Shown: positions 1 to 13,691 of the stretch, piece by piece | Layout: each line of letters starts with the position of its first letter | Numbering within the stretch: the first letter of the stretch is position 1 | NCBI GenBank assembly: GCA_965247095.1 | Contig: OZ251997.1 | Location: 2,176,001 to 2,240,000 of the forward strand | Length of the DNA: 64,000 bases | Source: Candidatus Multivorans sp. | GTDB lineage: Bacteria; Acidobacteriota; Thermoanaerobaculia; Multivoradales; Multivoraceae | Direction: 5' to 3' | Notes under the pieces: model-generated | What the model saw: the letters and a program-made list of their open reading frames with translations, nothing else | Databases searched by the model: none | What the model was told of the DNA's origin: nothing | Program-made: the position numbers and the translations under genes

Positions 1-1
1 C

Positions 2-790
2 GTGCTGCACGGCTACGAGCTGTTCCGGGAGGCTGCCGAAGGCGTCATCGGCGGGCGCCACGACATCGCCCTGCTGCCGATCGAGAACAGCACCGCGGGC
101 AGCATCAACGAGACCTACGACCTGCTGGCGGAAGGCGGCCTCGTGATCACGGCTGAAGTGATCAGCCAGGTCGCGCACTGCCTGCTCGCCCTGCCCGGCG
201 CAAGGATCGAGGAACTGCGCCTCGTTCTCTCGCATCCGCAGGCGCTCCGCCAGTGCGACCAGTTCTTCCGCGACCACAACTGGCTACGGCCGCAACCCGA
301 GTTCGACACCGCGGGCGCCGCCGCGCGCGTTCGCGAGAGCAACGACCCGAGCATCGGCGCCATCGCCAGCGAGCCGGCCGCACGCGTCTTCGGTCTCGAG
401 ATTCTCGCCTACAGCATCCAGAACGAGATCGGCAACTTCACCCGCTTCGTGGAAGTCGCCCGCGAGGCGGCGCCCTGTCCTCCGGAGCAGCCATGCAAGA
501 CCTCCCTGCTGCTCGCCACCGGGAATCACCCCGGAGACCTGGGCGAGGTTCTACGCAGCTTCTCCCGCCGAGGCGTGAACCTGACCAAGCTCGAATCACG
601 GCCGATCCCCGCCACACCCTGGCGCTACCGCTTCTATCTCGACATCGAGGGTCACGCCGCCTCCGCGCCGGTGACCGAAGCGCTGCAGGCGATCGAACCG
701 AAGACGGCCGAGCTGCGCATCCTCGGCACCTATCCCCGGGCCGAACTGCCGGCCGGACCCGCCGGCGAGGGCGGCGCGGCCGACGGCTGA
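2..790 (+). CDS. pheA: Prephenate dehydratase (PDT + ACT domain), 5'-partial
   Basis: Motifs LPIENSTAGSI, SHPQALRQC, NFTRF, and ACT domain NLTKLESRP...YRFYLDIEG. Runs off the window start. Confidence 0.92.
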   Translation: MLHGYELFREAAEGVIGGRHDIALLPIENSTAGSINETYDLLAEGGLVITAEVISQVAHCLLALPGARIEELRLVLSHPQALRQCDQFFRDHNWLRPQPEFDTAGAAARVRESNDPSIGAIASEPAARVFGLEILAYSIQNEIGNFTRFVEVAREAAPCPPEQPCKTSLLLATGNHPGDLGEVLRSFSRRGVNLTKLESRPIPATPWRYRFYLDIEGHAASAPVTEALQAIEPKTAELRILGTYPRAELPAGPAGEGGAADG

Positions 791-798
791 AGCCCGCG

Positions 799-2007
799 AT
801 GCCACAGCGCGCCGACGTCGTCTGCATCGGAGCCGGGATCATCGGCCTCGCCACCGCCCGCAGCCTCTCCCGCCGATACCGAGAGCTCGACATCCTCGTG
901 GTCGAGGCCGAACCGCGACCCGCCGTCCACCAGACCGGGCACAACAGCGGCGTCATCCACTCCGGCCTCTACTACAAGCCCGGCTCGCTCAAGGCGAAGA
1001 ACTGCGTCACCGGACGGAAACGGCTGATCGAACTCTGCGAGCGCCGTGAGATCCCCTACGAGATCTGCGGCAAGCTCGTCATCGCGACCGACCGGGAGGA
1101 GATCCCGCGTCTCGACGAGCTGGAACGGCGCGGCCGCGCGAACGGCCTTGCCGGCCTGGAGCGGGTGCCGCCCGAGCGCATCCCGGAGTTCGAACCCCAC
1201 GCCACCGGCGTCGACGCGCTGTGGGTCCCGGAGACCGGCATCGTCGACTACAAGGCCGTCGCGAATGCCTACGCCGACGAGTTGGAGGACGCCGGTGTCC
1301 CGCTGCACCTCCGAACCCGGGTCATGGGGATTGAGCCCCGGTGCGACGGCGTCGTCATCCAGACCACCGCCGGCGCTTTCGAAGCCGGCCACGCGGTCAA
1401 CTGCGCGGGCCTCCAGTCGGACCGGGTCGCCCGCATGGCCGGTCTCGACCCCGACGTCCGGATCGTCCCCTTCCGTGGCGAGTATTTCGACATCGCGCCC
1501 GAACGGCGCGAACTGTTGCGTGGCCTGATCTACCCCGTGCCCGATCCACGCTTCCCCTTCCTCGGCGTGCACCTGACCCGGCGCGTCGACGGCTCGGTCG
1601 AGGCGGGGCCCAACGCGGTGCTCGCCCTCAAACGCGAGGGCTACGCCCGCGGCAGCTTCAATGCGCGTGACACCTGGAGCAGCCTCAGCTACCCGGGCTT
1701 CTGGAAGATGTCCCTGCGCTTCTGGAAGGTGGGCATCGGCGAGATGGCCCGCTCCGGCAGCCGTAGCCGCTTCGCCCGCGACCTCCGACGCTTCGTCCCC
1801 GACATCCGCGACTCCGATCTGCTGCCCGGCGGCGCCGGCATCCGCGCCCAGGCCCTGGACCGCAAGGGAAACCTGGTCGACGACTTCGCGATCGAGACCA
1901 GCCCGAGGATGCTGCACGTTCTGAATGCCCCTTCGCCGGGCGCTACGGCGTCGCTGGCGATCGGCGACACGCTCGCCGACCGGGCGGCGAAGACGTTTGG
2001 GCTCTAG
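799..2007 (+). CDS. lhgO: L-2-hydroxyglutarate oxidase (FAD-dependent)
   Basis: IGAGIIG, HQTGHNSGVIHSGLYYKPGSLKA, PVPDPRFPFLGVH and NAPSPGATASL. ATG at 799 chosen within ORF 253..2007. Confidence 0.9.
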   Translation: MPQRADVVCIGAGIIGLATARSLSRRYRELDILVVEAEPRPAVHQTGHNSGVIHSGLYYKPGSLKAKNCVTGRKRLIELCERREIPYEICGKLVIATDREEIPRLDELERRGRANGLAGLERVPPERIPEFEPHATGVDALWVPETGIVDYKAVANAYADELEDAGVPLHLRTRVMGIEPRCDGVVIQTTAGAFEAGHAVNCAGLQSDRVARMAGLDPDVRIVPFRGEYFDIAPERRELLRGLIYPVPDPRFPFLGVHLTRRVDGSVEAGPNAVLALKREGYARGSFNARDTWSSLSYPGFWKMSLRFWKVGIGEMARSGSRSRFARDLRRFVPDIRDSDLLPGGAGIRAQALDRKGNLVDDFAIETSPRMLHVLNAPSPGATASLAIGDTLADRAAKTFGL

Positions 2008-2032
2008 CAGCACATGCCCGGCGCAGCCCGTC

Positions 2033-2722
2033 GTGAACCCCGTTCAGGCCGAAACAACCGAGACCAACTTCCCGGTCTCCGACAGCCAGCGGGTCAGCGC
2101 CCTCCTCCTCGAGCCCGAGAACGCGCGCTGCCTGCTCGTCTTCGCCCACGGCGCCGGCGCTGGCATGCGCCACGCGACAATGGAGACCTTTGCCCAGGGC
2201 GTGGCACGGCTTGGAATCGCCACGCTCCGATTTCGGTTTCCTTATCGTGAAACGGGCCGCCGCCCCCCGGACCCGCGGCTCCTATTGCAGCGATCCGTTC
2301 GGGCGGCGGTGGCCCAAGCCAAAACCATGCGGCCCGACTTGCCGCTTCTTGCAGGCGGACGGTCGATGGGAGGCCGCATGGCCTCAGGCGCCGATGCTAT
2401 CGAAGCCCTCGATGTCGCCGGCTTTGTCTTCCACGCCTTTCCGCTCCACCCTCCCGGCAAGCCCGGCACCTCCCGCGCAGACCACCTTGAGAAGGTTCAC
2501 AAGCCCATGCTCTTCCTGAACGGCACCCGCGACCGGCTCGCCGATCCCGACCTGCTGGCCGGCGTCTGCGACCGGCTCGGCTCCCGCGCGACGCTCCACC
2601 GAGTCGAAGGCGGAGACCACAGCCTCCACGTGCTGAAGCGGTCGAGCCGCAAGCAGGAAGATGTCGACCGGGAGGTGGCGGAGGCGGTCAGTGATTGGTG
2701 CCGGGAGGTGCTGGGACTGTAG
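2033..2722 (+). CDS. Alpha/beta hydrolase (KANSL3/dienelactone hydrolase-like family)
   Basis: AHGAGAGM, nucleophile elbow GGRSMGG, GTRD and GGDHS triad motifs. GTG at 2033. Confidence 0.85.
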   Translation: MNPVQAETTETNFPVSDSQRVSALLLEPENARCLLVFAHGAGAGMRHATMETFAQGVARLGIATLRFRFPYRETGRRPPDPRLLLQRSVRAAVAQAKTMRPDLPLLAGGRSMGGRMASGADAIEALDVAGFVFHAFPLHPPGKPGTSRADHLEKVHKPMLFLNGTRDRLADPDLLAGVCDRLGSRATLHRVEGGDHSLHVLKRSSRKQEDVDREVAEAVSDWCREVLGL

Positions 2723-2749
2723 GTCCTTCTGGATAGCGGCGGTGCCGTC

Positions 2750-2977
2750 TCAGCAAGCCGATTCGAGGACGAACCGCGCGCCTTCCAGGCGAAGCATCTG
2801 AAATGGCGTCATGCACTTGATTCCGAGACCGATGCACACGTCGGGGATCTTGACCTTGCGGATGGAGCCCGAAGGCTCACCGCGTTCCGAAGCCCAGTCG
2901 GACAGTTTCATCGCCCAGTCCGAGCACCTCATCTCCTGCGCCGTGATCATGACGTTCGCGTCCAGGAGATAGCGCAT
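2750..2977 (-). pseudogene. DUF4411-family PIN-like protein, internally deleted remnant
   Basis: Keeps family N-terminus MRYLLDANV, a mid fragment (DE-LSDWA, partly in another frame) and C-terminus KVKIPDVCIGLGIKCMTPFQMLR, but is only 75 aa. Confidence 0.7.
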
Positions 2978-3353
2978 CAGTAGCCAACCCCCAGCTTTCG
3001 GCCGAGCTCGCTGAAGGTCTCCATTTTCTTCACGCCGAGCAGCCCGAACGCCTCGGCAAACAGAGGTGGACAATGTCCAGAAGGTCGGGACTGGGCCGAC
3101 CCAGTTGAGCCTTGACTCCCGAACGGAAGTCGGGAATCGGCACGGACTCGACCGGCGGCTCCGCCAGGAACAGGTAGCCGATGGGCGCATGTGTCGCCTT
3201 CGCGAAGCCCTCCAACTGCTTGAACGTGGGCTGCATCTCGCCGCGCTCCCAGGCCTCGATCTTGGGGAAGCGCGGCGACAGTTCCTCCCTCGTGCGACCG
3301 GCCCGCTCACGGGCCCATCGAAGGAGATCAGGTTTCACAGGGACGCGGATCAT
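2977..3353 (-). pseudogene. XRE-HTH + ImmA/IrrE-family metallopeptidase, internally deleted remnant
   Basis: N-terminus MIRVPVKPDLLRWARERAG...WERGEMQPTFKQLEGFAKAT...IPDFR joined out of frame to the typical C-terminus FAEAFGLLGVKKMETFSELGRKLGVGY*. No HExxH domain remains. Stop overlaps the DUF4411 ATG (TGATG). Confidence 0.72.
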
Positions 3354-3363
3354 CGGTGGGACC

Positions 3364-3600
3364 TCAGGCTCGCTTGGCGCCAGCGTCTCGGCCAAGACTA
3401 GGCAAGCGGTTTGATCTCAGGTCATCCAGGTCACCAATCCAACCTGCCCCACGCATGCGACCCGCCTCTGCCAGCCTCAGGGCCTCAGAAGCCGGTGTCC
3501 CTGGTGTGGGTTTGAGGGCATCACGCTTCGCCTTCAGCCGTTCGCCGCGCACGGCCTTGGCACTTTCCTCGCTGTCCACGCCTAGCTCCGAGCTAGCCAT
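3364..3600 (-). CDS. Degenerate orphan VapB-like antitoxin (possibly pseudogene)
   Basis: 78 aa with LKAKRDAL and C-terminal MRGAGWIGDLDDLRS, resembling VapB antitoxins ending in RGxGWxGDLxxMR. No adjacent VapC. Confidence 0.5.
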   Translation of the reverse strand: MASSELGVDSEESAKAVRGERLKAKRDALKPTPGTPASEALRLAEAGRMRGAGWIGDLDDLRSNRLPSLGRDAGAKRA

Positions 3601-3698
3601 GCGCCAACCCTATACAGATCACACGCGCCTTCCCCATGGGAGTACCAACGTCACGGACTCACAAGGAGGCCTTGACGGCCGGGTGATACCTTGCCGAC

Positions 3699-4163
3699 GT
3701 GGTCGGCACAGGCTTCCTCGGCACAAGGGCCGACGCCTTCGTGGACTCCGCGGTGGTCTTCCTCGTGGCGGCGCCGTTCCTGATGGCGTACGCGATACGA
3801 CTCGCCAGGCAGCACCGCTACCGCCGGCACCGTAACCTTCAGGTGACCCTGTTGCTGGCCGGAATCGCGGCCGTCCTGCTGCTCGAGGGCAGCATCCGCT
3901 TCGGCAGCGCCCAGGAGGCCTTCGCACTGAGCTCGGCGACCGGTCCTTGGCGTGCCTGGCTCTTCTATGGGCATCTCGTCGTCGCCTTCGCGACCGCCAT
4001 CGCCTGGTTCACACTGGCAGTCCTGTCCTGGCGCCGTTTCACTCGCACCCTGCCGGGCCCCTTTAGCCCACGGCACCGGCGCTGGGGGCTGCGCACCTTC
4101 ATCGGCCTGTTCCTGACCTCAGCAAGCGGCACCGTCTTGTACGTCGTCTCCTTCGCGCTCTGA
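3699..4163 (+). CDS. DUF420-family membrane protein
   Basis: GFLGTRA N-terminus, four hydrophobic segments, HRNLQ and HRRWG motifs. Confidence 0.7.
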   Translation: MVGTGFLGTRADAFVDSAVVFLVAAPFLMAYAIRLARQHRYRRHRNLQVTLLLAGIAAVLLLEGSIRFGSAQEAFALSSATGPWRAWLFYGHLVVAFATAIAWFTLAVLSWRRFTRTLPGPFSPRHRRWGLRTFIGLFLTSASGTVLYVVSFAL

Positions 4164-4270
4164 CGACGCGGCAGACGGACCGTGCAGATCGCCCTGGCGA
4201 TGCCGGGAGCGGAAGCCGCCCTTCGCCAGAGCCGGCGTTGATGAAGCGCCGCCTATAATCGCGCCCCACT

Positions 4271-6445
<2,175 letters not shown>

Positions 6446-6458
6446 CTGAGCCCGGAAG

Positions 6459-6875
6459 ATGGCAACGCCCTACCGGCACACGATCCGCGTCCGCTACGGC
6501 GAGGTCGACAAGCAGGGCGTGGTCTACAACGCCCACTACCTGGCGTACATGGACGACGCCCTGGAGAACTGGCTGCTCGGCATCCGCGAACTCCGGGCGA
6601 AGCTTGGTTGGGAGATGATGCTCCGCCGCTGCACGATCGACTTCCTCGGTTCGGTCACCGACGGCGACTTGCTCGACATCGACCTCGCCATCCGGCACTG
6701 GGGCCGGACCTCGTGGACGCTCGGCTACCGCGGCGCCCACGAGGGACGGCTCGTGTTCACCGCGGAAGTGCTCTACGTCAGCGTGCACGATCCCGAGTAC
6801 ACGAAGATGGAGACCCCGGCCGAAATCCGCGCCTACATGGGGCCTGAGACGGATCTGGAAGAGGTAGCGGTCTGA
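6459..6875 (+). CDS. Acyl-CoA thioesterase (4HBT/YbgC hotdog family)
   Basis: VRYGEVDKQGVVYNAHYLAY motif. Confidence 0.88.
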   Translation: MATPYRHTIRVRYGEVDKQGVVYNAHYLAYMDDALENWLLGIRELRAKLGWEMMLRRCTIDFLGSVTDGDLLDIDLAIRHWGRTSWTLGYRGAHEGRLVFTAEVLYVSVHDPEYTKMETPAEIRAYMGPETDLEEVAV

Positions 6876-7576
6876 GTCCCGGCGCCGGTTCGGGCAACGA
6901 GCCCCTCCTGGTCGCCGACCTTCCGCCTCTCCCCCGCTCCTTCTACGCCCGCACCGCGCTCGACGTAGCGCCAGAGCTGCTCAACAAGGTCCTGATCCGC
7001 GGCCGCCGCGCCGCTCGCATCGTCGAAGTCGAGGCCTACGAGGGATCGAACGACCCCTCCAGCCACGGCCATCGCGGCATGACGAACCGCAACCGGACGA
7101 TGTTCGGGCCGCCGGGCCATCTCTACGTGTACTTCACCTACGGCATGCACCACTGTGCCAACGTCGTCTGCGGCGAGGAAGGCGTGTGTTCGGCCGTCCT
7201 GCTGCGTGCCGTCGCACCGTTAGCCGGCCAAGACATCATGCGCCGCGCCCGCAACGCGGCCAGCAGACGCCGCTCCACCAAGCCGTTTCGGTCCGTCGAC
7301 CTATGCTCCGGTCCCGCCCGCCTGTGCCAGGCCTTCGGTCTCGACCGCCGCGACGACGGCGCCGACCTGGTCACGGCATCGGCCGCCCTCAGTCGCCTGT
7401 CCATCTTCATCGTCGATGACGGCACCTCGCCGCCAACCGAGCCCCGCCGCAGCGGCCGCATCGGCGTCTCGAGAGCACCGAATCGCCCTTGGCGCTTCTA
7501 CGTCGCCGGAGATCCGAACGTGTCCAGGTCCCGCGGACCCAGCATCGGCAGCGGCCCTGGGTCCGGCACAGCCTGA
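6872..7576 (+). CDS. mpg: DNA-3-methyladenine glycosylase (MPG/AAG family); probable non-canonical CTG start
   Basis: The frame upstream of ORF 7079 encodes conserved LPRSFYAR...VAPELLNKVL...RIVEVEAYEG..DPSSH, followed by MFGPPGHLYVYFTYGMHHC, LCSGPARLCQAFG and RIGVS..PWRF. Confidence 0.88.
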   Translation: MSPGAGSGNEPLLVADLPPLPRSFYARTALDVAPELLNKVLIRGRRAARIVEVEAYEGSNDPSSHGHRGMTNRNRTMFGPPGHLYVYFTYGMHHCANVVCGEEGVCSAVLLRAVAPLAGQDIMRRARNAASRRRSTKPFRSVDLCSGPARLCQAFGLDRRDDGADLVTASAALSRLSIFIVDDGTSPPTEPRRSGRIGVSRAPNRPWRFYVAGDPNVSRSRGPSIGSGPGSGTA

Positions 7577-7602
7577 TGTTCGGGGGATCATCCCACCAGC
7601 CA

Positions 7603-7641
7603 TCCTTGCAATCATGGACCAAGAGTCCAGGATTGCAAGGA
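7603..7641. terminator. Inverted repeat, likely bidirectional terminator between convergent genes
   Basis: TCCTTGCAATCATGGAC-caaga-GTCCAGGATTGCAAGGA: 17-bp stem with one mismatch. Confidence 0.6.
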
Positions 7642-7667
7642 ACGCCAGCGGTTCCAGACCGCCCGGG

Positions 7668-8555
7668 TCACCCGCTCGAACGCTCGCTCATGGCCCGCAG
7701 GCGCGCAACCAGGCTCGACGTGTCCCAGCGCAGACCGCCGAGGGCGGTGACCTCGCTGTAGAACTGGTCGACGAGGGCCGCTAGCGGCAAGTGGGCGCCG
7801 TTCTGGCGGGCCTCGTCGAGGGCGATCCCGAGATCCTTGCGCATCCACTGGACGGCAAAGCCGTAGTCGAACTTGCCCTGGGCCATCGTTTCGGCCCGGT
7901 TCTCCATCTGCCAGGACCCGGCAGCGCCCGTTGAGATCGCGCCGACCACCGCCAGCGGATCGAGGCCGGCCTGCTCGGCGAAGTGGATGCCCTCGGAGAG
8001 GCCCTGGACGATGCCGGCGATGCAGAGCTGGTTGACCATCTTCGTCAACTGGCCGCTGCCGGCGGGGCCGAGCAGGGTCACAGCCCGGCTGTAGCAGTCG
8101 ATCACGGCGTTCACCCTCTCGAAGACGTCCGGCTCACCGCCACACATGACGGTCAAGACGCCGTTCTCGGCGCCGGCCTGACCGCCCGAGATCGGTGCGT
8201 CGAGGAAGCCGCAGCCACGCGCGGCGCAGGCTTCCGCAAGTTCGCGGGCAAGCCGCGCCGAAGCGGTCGTGTGGTCCACAAGCACGCTGCCCTCGGCCAT
8301 GCCTTCGAGCGCTCCGCCCGGGCCCAGGGTCACGGCCCGGACATCGTCGTCGTTGCCGACGCAGCAGAACACGAACTCGGCGCCTGCCGCCGAGTCGCCG
8401 GGCGTCGCGGCGCTCTCGCCGCCGTGCTCCTCGACCCATTGCTCCGCCTTCGCCGCGGTGCGGTTGTAGACCACGACCCGCTCGCCCGCGACCGCCAGAT
8501 GCCCGGCCATCGGGTAGCCCATGATCCCCAGTCCGATGAACGCAACGTCTGACAT
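7668..8555 (-). CDS. NAD(P)-dependent oxidoreductase, 3-hydroxyisobutyrate dehydrogenase family
   Basis: FIGLGIMGYPMAGHL, FLDAPISGGQAGA, GQLTKMVNQ and WMRKDLGI. Confidence 0.92.
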   Translation of the reverse strand: MSDVAFIGLGIMGYPMAGHLAVAGERVVVYNRTAAKAEQWVEEHGGESAATPGDSAAGAEFVFCCVGNDDDVRAVTLGPGGALEGMAEGSVLVDHTTASARLARELAEACAARGCGFLDAPISGGQAGAENGVLTVMCGGEPDVFERVNAVIDCYSRAVTLLGPAGSGQLTKMVNQLCIAGIVQGLSEGIHFAEQAGLDPLAVVGAISTGAAGSWQMENRAETMAQGKFDYGFAVQWMRKDLGIALDEARQNGAHLPLAALVDQFYSEVTALGGLRWDTSSLVARLRAMSERSSG

Positions 8556-8644
8556 CCGGCGTCCTCCCTTGCCGTGAGCGACTCGCGCCGCTTTGGTCTG
8601 ATCCGGTGAGGCGCGATCCTACCCGCGCACCGATGAACGAAACT

Positions 8645-8674
8645 GGGTGGTGAGCGCGCGGTCGCCCACCACCC
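8645..8674 (-). terminator. Putative intrinsic terminator downstream of the Spy/CpxP-like gene
   Basis: Minus strand GGGTGGTGGGCG-accgcg-CGCTCACCACCC (12 bp including one G:U), followed by AGTTTC. Confidence 0.5.
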
Positions 8675-8729
8675 CCGGCGACGGCGAGATGAGAAGCCGT
8701 CGCCCGTTCAATGTGTACGGGCCCCGCGA

Positions 8730-9239
8730 CTACTCCTCGCGCGGCCCCCGGCCCCGACGGCCGAAGGGGCCGCGGCGGCCGGAACGGTCGTTCTCGCGCA
8801 GAGCGTCCCAGCGGATCTTCTGCTCACGGTCGAGCAACCTCACCAGGTCCTTCTCCACTGCCCCCTGCGCCGCCGTCAGCCGCTGGGCCACGCCTCGCCG
8901 GTCGAGCTCCAACTGTCCGACCACGGCCGGGTCGGGCGCCGCACCGTTCGCCTCTTCCTCCAGTCGTTGCGACAGCTCGCGCATCTCACGCAACAGCGGG
9001 CGAACCTGAGCCCGGTGGTCCTCGCTCACGCGGCGCCACTCGGCCTTCTGGTCCTCGGTCAACTGGAGCACTCGAGCCATACGGTCAACGTCGAACTCCG
9101 CGGCGCCGGAGCGCCCGGAGCGCTTGGCGCCAGCCTTGTCACCCTCCTGCGCTCCGGCGAAGGCAGCCACAGCCGCAAGCGTCAGGCCGAGAAGAACGGT
9201 ACGGGCGATCAGGATGGAACGGTTCAAAGATGACTTCAT
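8730..9239 (-). CDS. Spy/CpxP-like periplasmic helical chaperone/accessory protein
   Basis: Signal peptide, LQLTEDQK and LLDREQK (LTxxQ-type) motifs, AGGAGG RBS before ATG 9239, divergent from a two-component system. Confidence 0.75.
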   Translation of the reverse strand: MKSSLNRSILIARTVLLGLTLAAVAAFAGAQEGDKAGAKRSGRSGAAEFDVDRMARVLQLTEDQKAEWRRVSEDHRAQVRPLLREMRELSQRLEEEANGAAPDPAVVGQLELDRRGVAQRLTAAQGAVEKDLVRLLDREQKIRWDALRENDRSGRRGPFGRRGRGPREE

Positions 9240-9317
9240 TGCAAGCACCTCCTATGTGCATAAATCAAACGTGGGAGAACGCTACGGGCCGCCGCCAGCG
9301 CCAGTCATCAAGCCCAG

Positions 9318-9342
9318 GCAAGATGTTTGTAACGCTTGTAAG
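9318..9342. promoter_or_regulatory. Possible OmpR/CpxR-type response-regulator binding site
   Basis: AT-rich GCAAG/GTAAC/GTAAG half-sites (TTGTAA twice, 9327 and 9336) between spy-like and kinase genes. Confidence 0.3.
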
Positions 9343-9374
9343 AGCGTGTCTTCCGCGGCGCTACACTGCCTCCG

Positions 9375-11161
9375 ATGGCTGTCCGGCGCATTCCCGGGCG
9401 CGCACCCGGCTCACGCAACCGCGGGTCCCTGATCGTTGCGGCCGTGGCGGCCGTACTGCTGGTGACCCTCGCCGTGCTCCAGTACCGGTGGACCGGCGAG
9501 TTGAGCGCTGCCGCCAACGAGCGGATGCGCGTGAACCTGGAGGAGTCGAGCCGCTTGCTTGCGAGCGACATCGAGGCTCCGCTGGCTCAGCTCTACAGCG
9601 GCTTCCTGCGCGCCGCGACCCTGACCGAGCCGCGCCGGGGCCGATCGGAGGGCACGCCGGAGCAGTTCGAGGGGTTCCTCTCCCGGGTTGTAGAGGACTG
9701 GCGCGAGAACGCGGAGTTTCCGGACATTCTCGACGAAACCTGGGCCGTGCTGACCGACCGGCGCGAAGGGACGCGCGAGGTCTTCCGGTTCGACGAAATC
9801 ACCGGGCGCCTGCAGCCTGATCCGGAGCCCGGCGACATGGAGGAGCTCCTTCGCGTTTGCGGCGGCCGGGACGCCAGACTCCGCCTCTACGGACCGACCG
9901 CCTGGTCGTCCCGATTCCCGCGCGAACTCGAAGCGGGCGGCCCGGGCGGCCCGGACCGCCGACCGGCCTGATCGTGGCGCGCCTGAGTGTGACCACCCTC
10001 GAACACGAGATGCTGCCTGCCGTCATCGAGCGGCACTTCGGCGCTCCCACCGCCCGCGGCGGACCGGAGTACCTGGTCTCGGTGACCGACCTGTCCAGTT
10101 CGCCGACCCGCCGGCTCTATCCGCGGCCGGACGGAGAACGAGCGAATGAAGCTGGCGCCACGTCGGGCCCCGCGGACATCGAGTTCTCGGCGCTGCGGAT
10201 GCGCGGCCCCTTGGGGCCGCCCGGCAGCCGCGGCCTGCGGCTCGCACGCGGCGAGCGCGGCGAAACCCGGGGCGCCCCGCGGTCCCCGGACCCACCCCCT
10301 GGAGCGTGGCAGGTGCGGATCACCCACCGCCGCGGTTCGCTCGAAGCCGCCACCGGCGCTGCACGGCGGCGGAATCTCTACATCAGCTCCGGCGCCCTGA
10401 CCCTGATCGCCATCGGCTTCGGCCTGACTCTGCTTGCGGCCCGCCGTGCGCAGACCCTGGCCGCCCAGCAGGTCGACTTCGTGGCCGGGGTGTCTCACGA
10501 ACTGAACACGCCGCTGCAGGCGATCCGCTCGGCGGGCGAGAACCTGCGCGCCGGTGTCATCCGGGAACCTGCCGACATCCGAGGATACGGTGAGCTGATC
10601 GAGCGCGAGGGCCGGCGGCTGATGCGGCTCATCGAACAGGTTCTCCACTACGCCGGCATCGGCCGCGGCGCCGCGCGAGCGCCGGCAGCGCAGGTCGACC
10701 TGGGCGAACTCCTCCGCACCGTGGAGAACGAGTCGAGCTGGTTCCTGGAGGAACACCGGGTCGAACTCGAGCTGTCCGGGCTCGACGATCTGCCCGCGAT
10801 CCAGGGCGACGGCGCCGCCCTGAACCTGGCCTTTGCCAACATCCTCCACAACGCGGCGAAGTACGGAGCGGACGACGACGGCGCGGTCCGCGTGCGCGTC
10901 GAAGCGGCCTGCGACGCGGATCGGCAACGGGTGACCGTCGCGGTCACCGACTGCGGCCCCGGCATTCCGGCAGACGAGCAGCAACGCATCTTCGAGCCCT
11001 TCGTCCGCGGCCGCCGCGCCACCGAGGGGACCGTCCCCGGCTCCGGCCTCGGACTGAGCCTCGCGCGGCAGACGATCCAAGCCCACGGCGGCTCGGTCAC
11101 CGTCGACAGCGAACCCGGCCAGACGACATTCCGCGTCTCGCTGCCGGCGAGCGGCCCATGA
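9375..11161 (+). pseudogene. Sensor histidine kinase, frameshifted near 9893-9896
   Basis: TM1 + periplasmic part in ORF 9375..9971. TM2, H-box SHELNTPL, N-box NAAKY, DCGPGI, IFEPF and GSGLGL in ORF 9857..11161 (different frame). Confidence 0.85.
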
Positions 11162-11865
11162 ACGCCCGGCGCCTGCTTCTCGTCGAAGACGAACCCAGCC
11201 TCGTCCGCACCCTGACCGACCGGCTGGCCGCCGAGGGCTACGAGGTCGAGACTGCGGCCGACGGCCCGTCGGGCGAACGAATGGCGGCGCAGGGCGGCTT
11301 CGACGTCGTGCTGCTCGACGTCAGCCTGCCCGGCAAGAACGGCTTCGACGTCTGCCGCGATCTCCGGCAGCAAGGCGTCGCGACGCCGATTCTCATGCTC
11401 ACCGCCCGCAACGAGCTCGTCGACCGGGTGCTCGGCCTCAAGCTGGGCGCCGACGACTACCTGGCCAAGCCGTTCGAGACCCTGGAACTGTTGGCACGGA
11501 TCGAGGCGCTGCTCCGCAGGGTCCCGGTCCAGCCCGATTCGGCACGCCTGAACGGCCACCGCTTCGGCAGCGTACGTGTCGACTTCGACCGCGCCCAGGT
11601 GTGGCGCGTCCGCGACGAAGGTGTCGAGTCCGAAATCGCCTGTTCCAGCCTCGAGTACCGGCTGCTCAAGTTCCTCATCGAGAACCGCGGTCAGGTCCAC
11701 GACCGCGACCGCCTGCTCGACGAGGTCTGGGGCTACGACGCCACGCCGACCACGCGCACCGTGGACGTCCACGTGTCGTCGCTGCGCCAGAAGATCGAGC
11801 CGAACCCGGGTAAGCCCGAGTACATCGTCACGGTGCACGGGCTTGGCTATCGGTTCGACGGCTGA
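11158..11865 (+). CDS. OmpR/PhoB-family response regulator
   Basis: [23 protein letters not shown] and w[22 protein letters not shown] overlap with the kinase. Confidence 0.95.
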   Translation: MNARRLLLVEDEPSLVRTLTDRLAAEGYEVETAADGPSGERMAAQGGFDVVLLDVSLPGKNGFDVCRDLRQQGVATPILMLTARNELVDRVLGLKLGADDYLAKPFETLELLARIEALLRRVPVQPDSARLNGHRFGSVRVDFDRAQVWRVRDEGVESEIACSSLEYRLLKFLIENRGQVHDRDRLLDEVWGYDATPTTRTVDVHVSSLRQKIEPNPGKPEYIVTVHGLGYRFDG

Positions 11866-11927
11866 ACGACGCGAAGCGACGTTCAGATAGCCTTCGCTGC
11901 TTCGCAGCAAGCCGCTCCCCCTCCGCC

Positions 11928-13628
<1,701 letters not shown>

Positions 13629-13691
13629 CCGGCGGCCGTGGCGCCCCTTCGTGCACCGGCGACGCCCGGTCCGTCCTACAATCAAGGAGAA

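Noticed and set aside
253-798. Extended ORF starts (253, 12551, 19823, 45798, 52249, 53250, 57636) suggesting fusions
   Set aside because: The extensions are low-complexity Arg/Pro/Gly readings overlapping real genes in other frames; the true starts are downstream.
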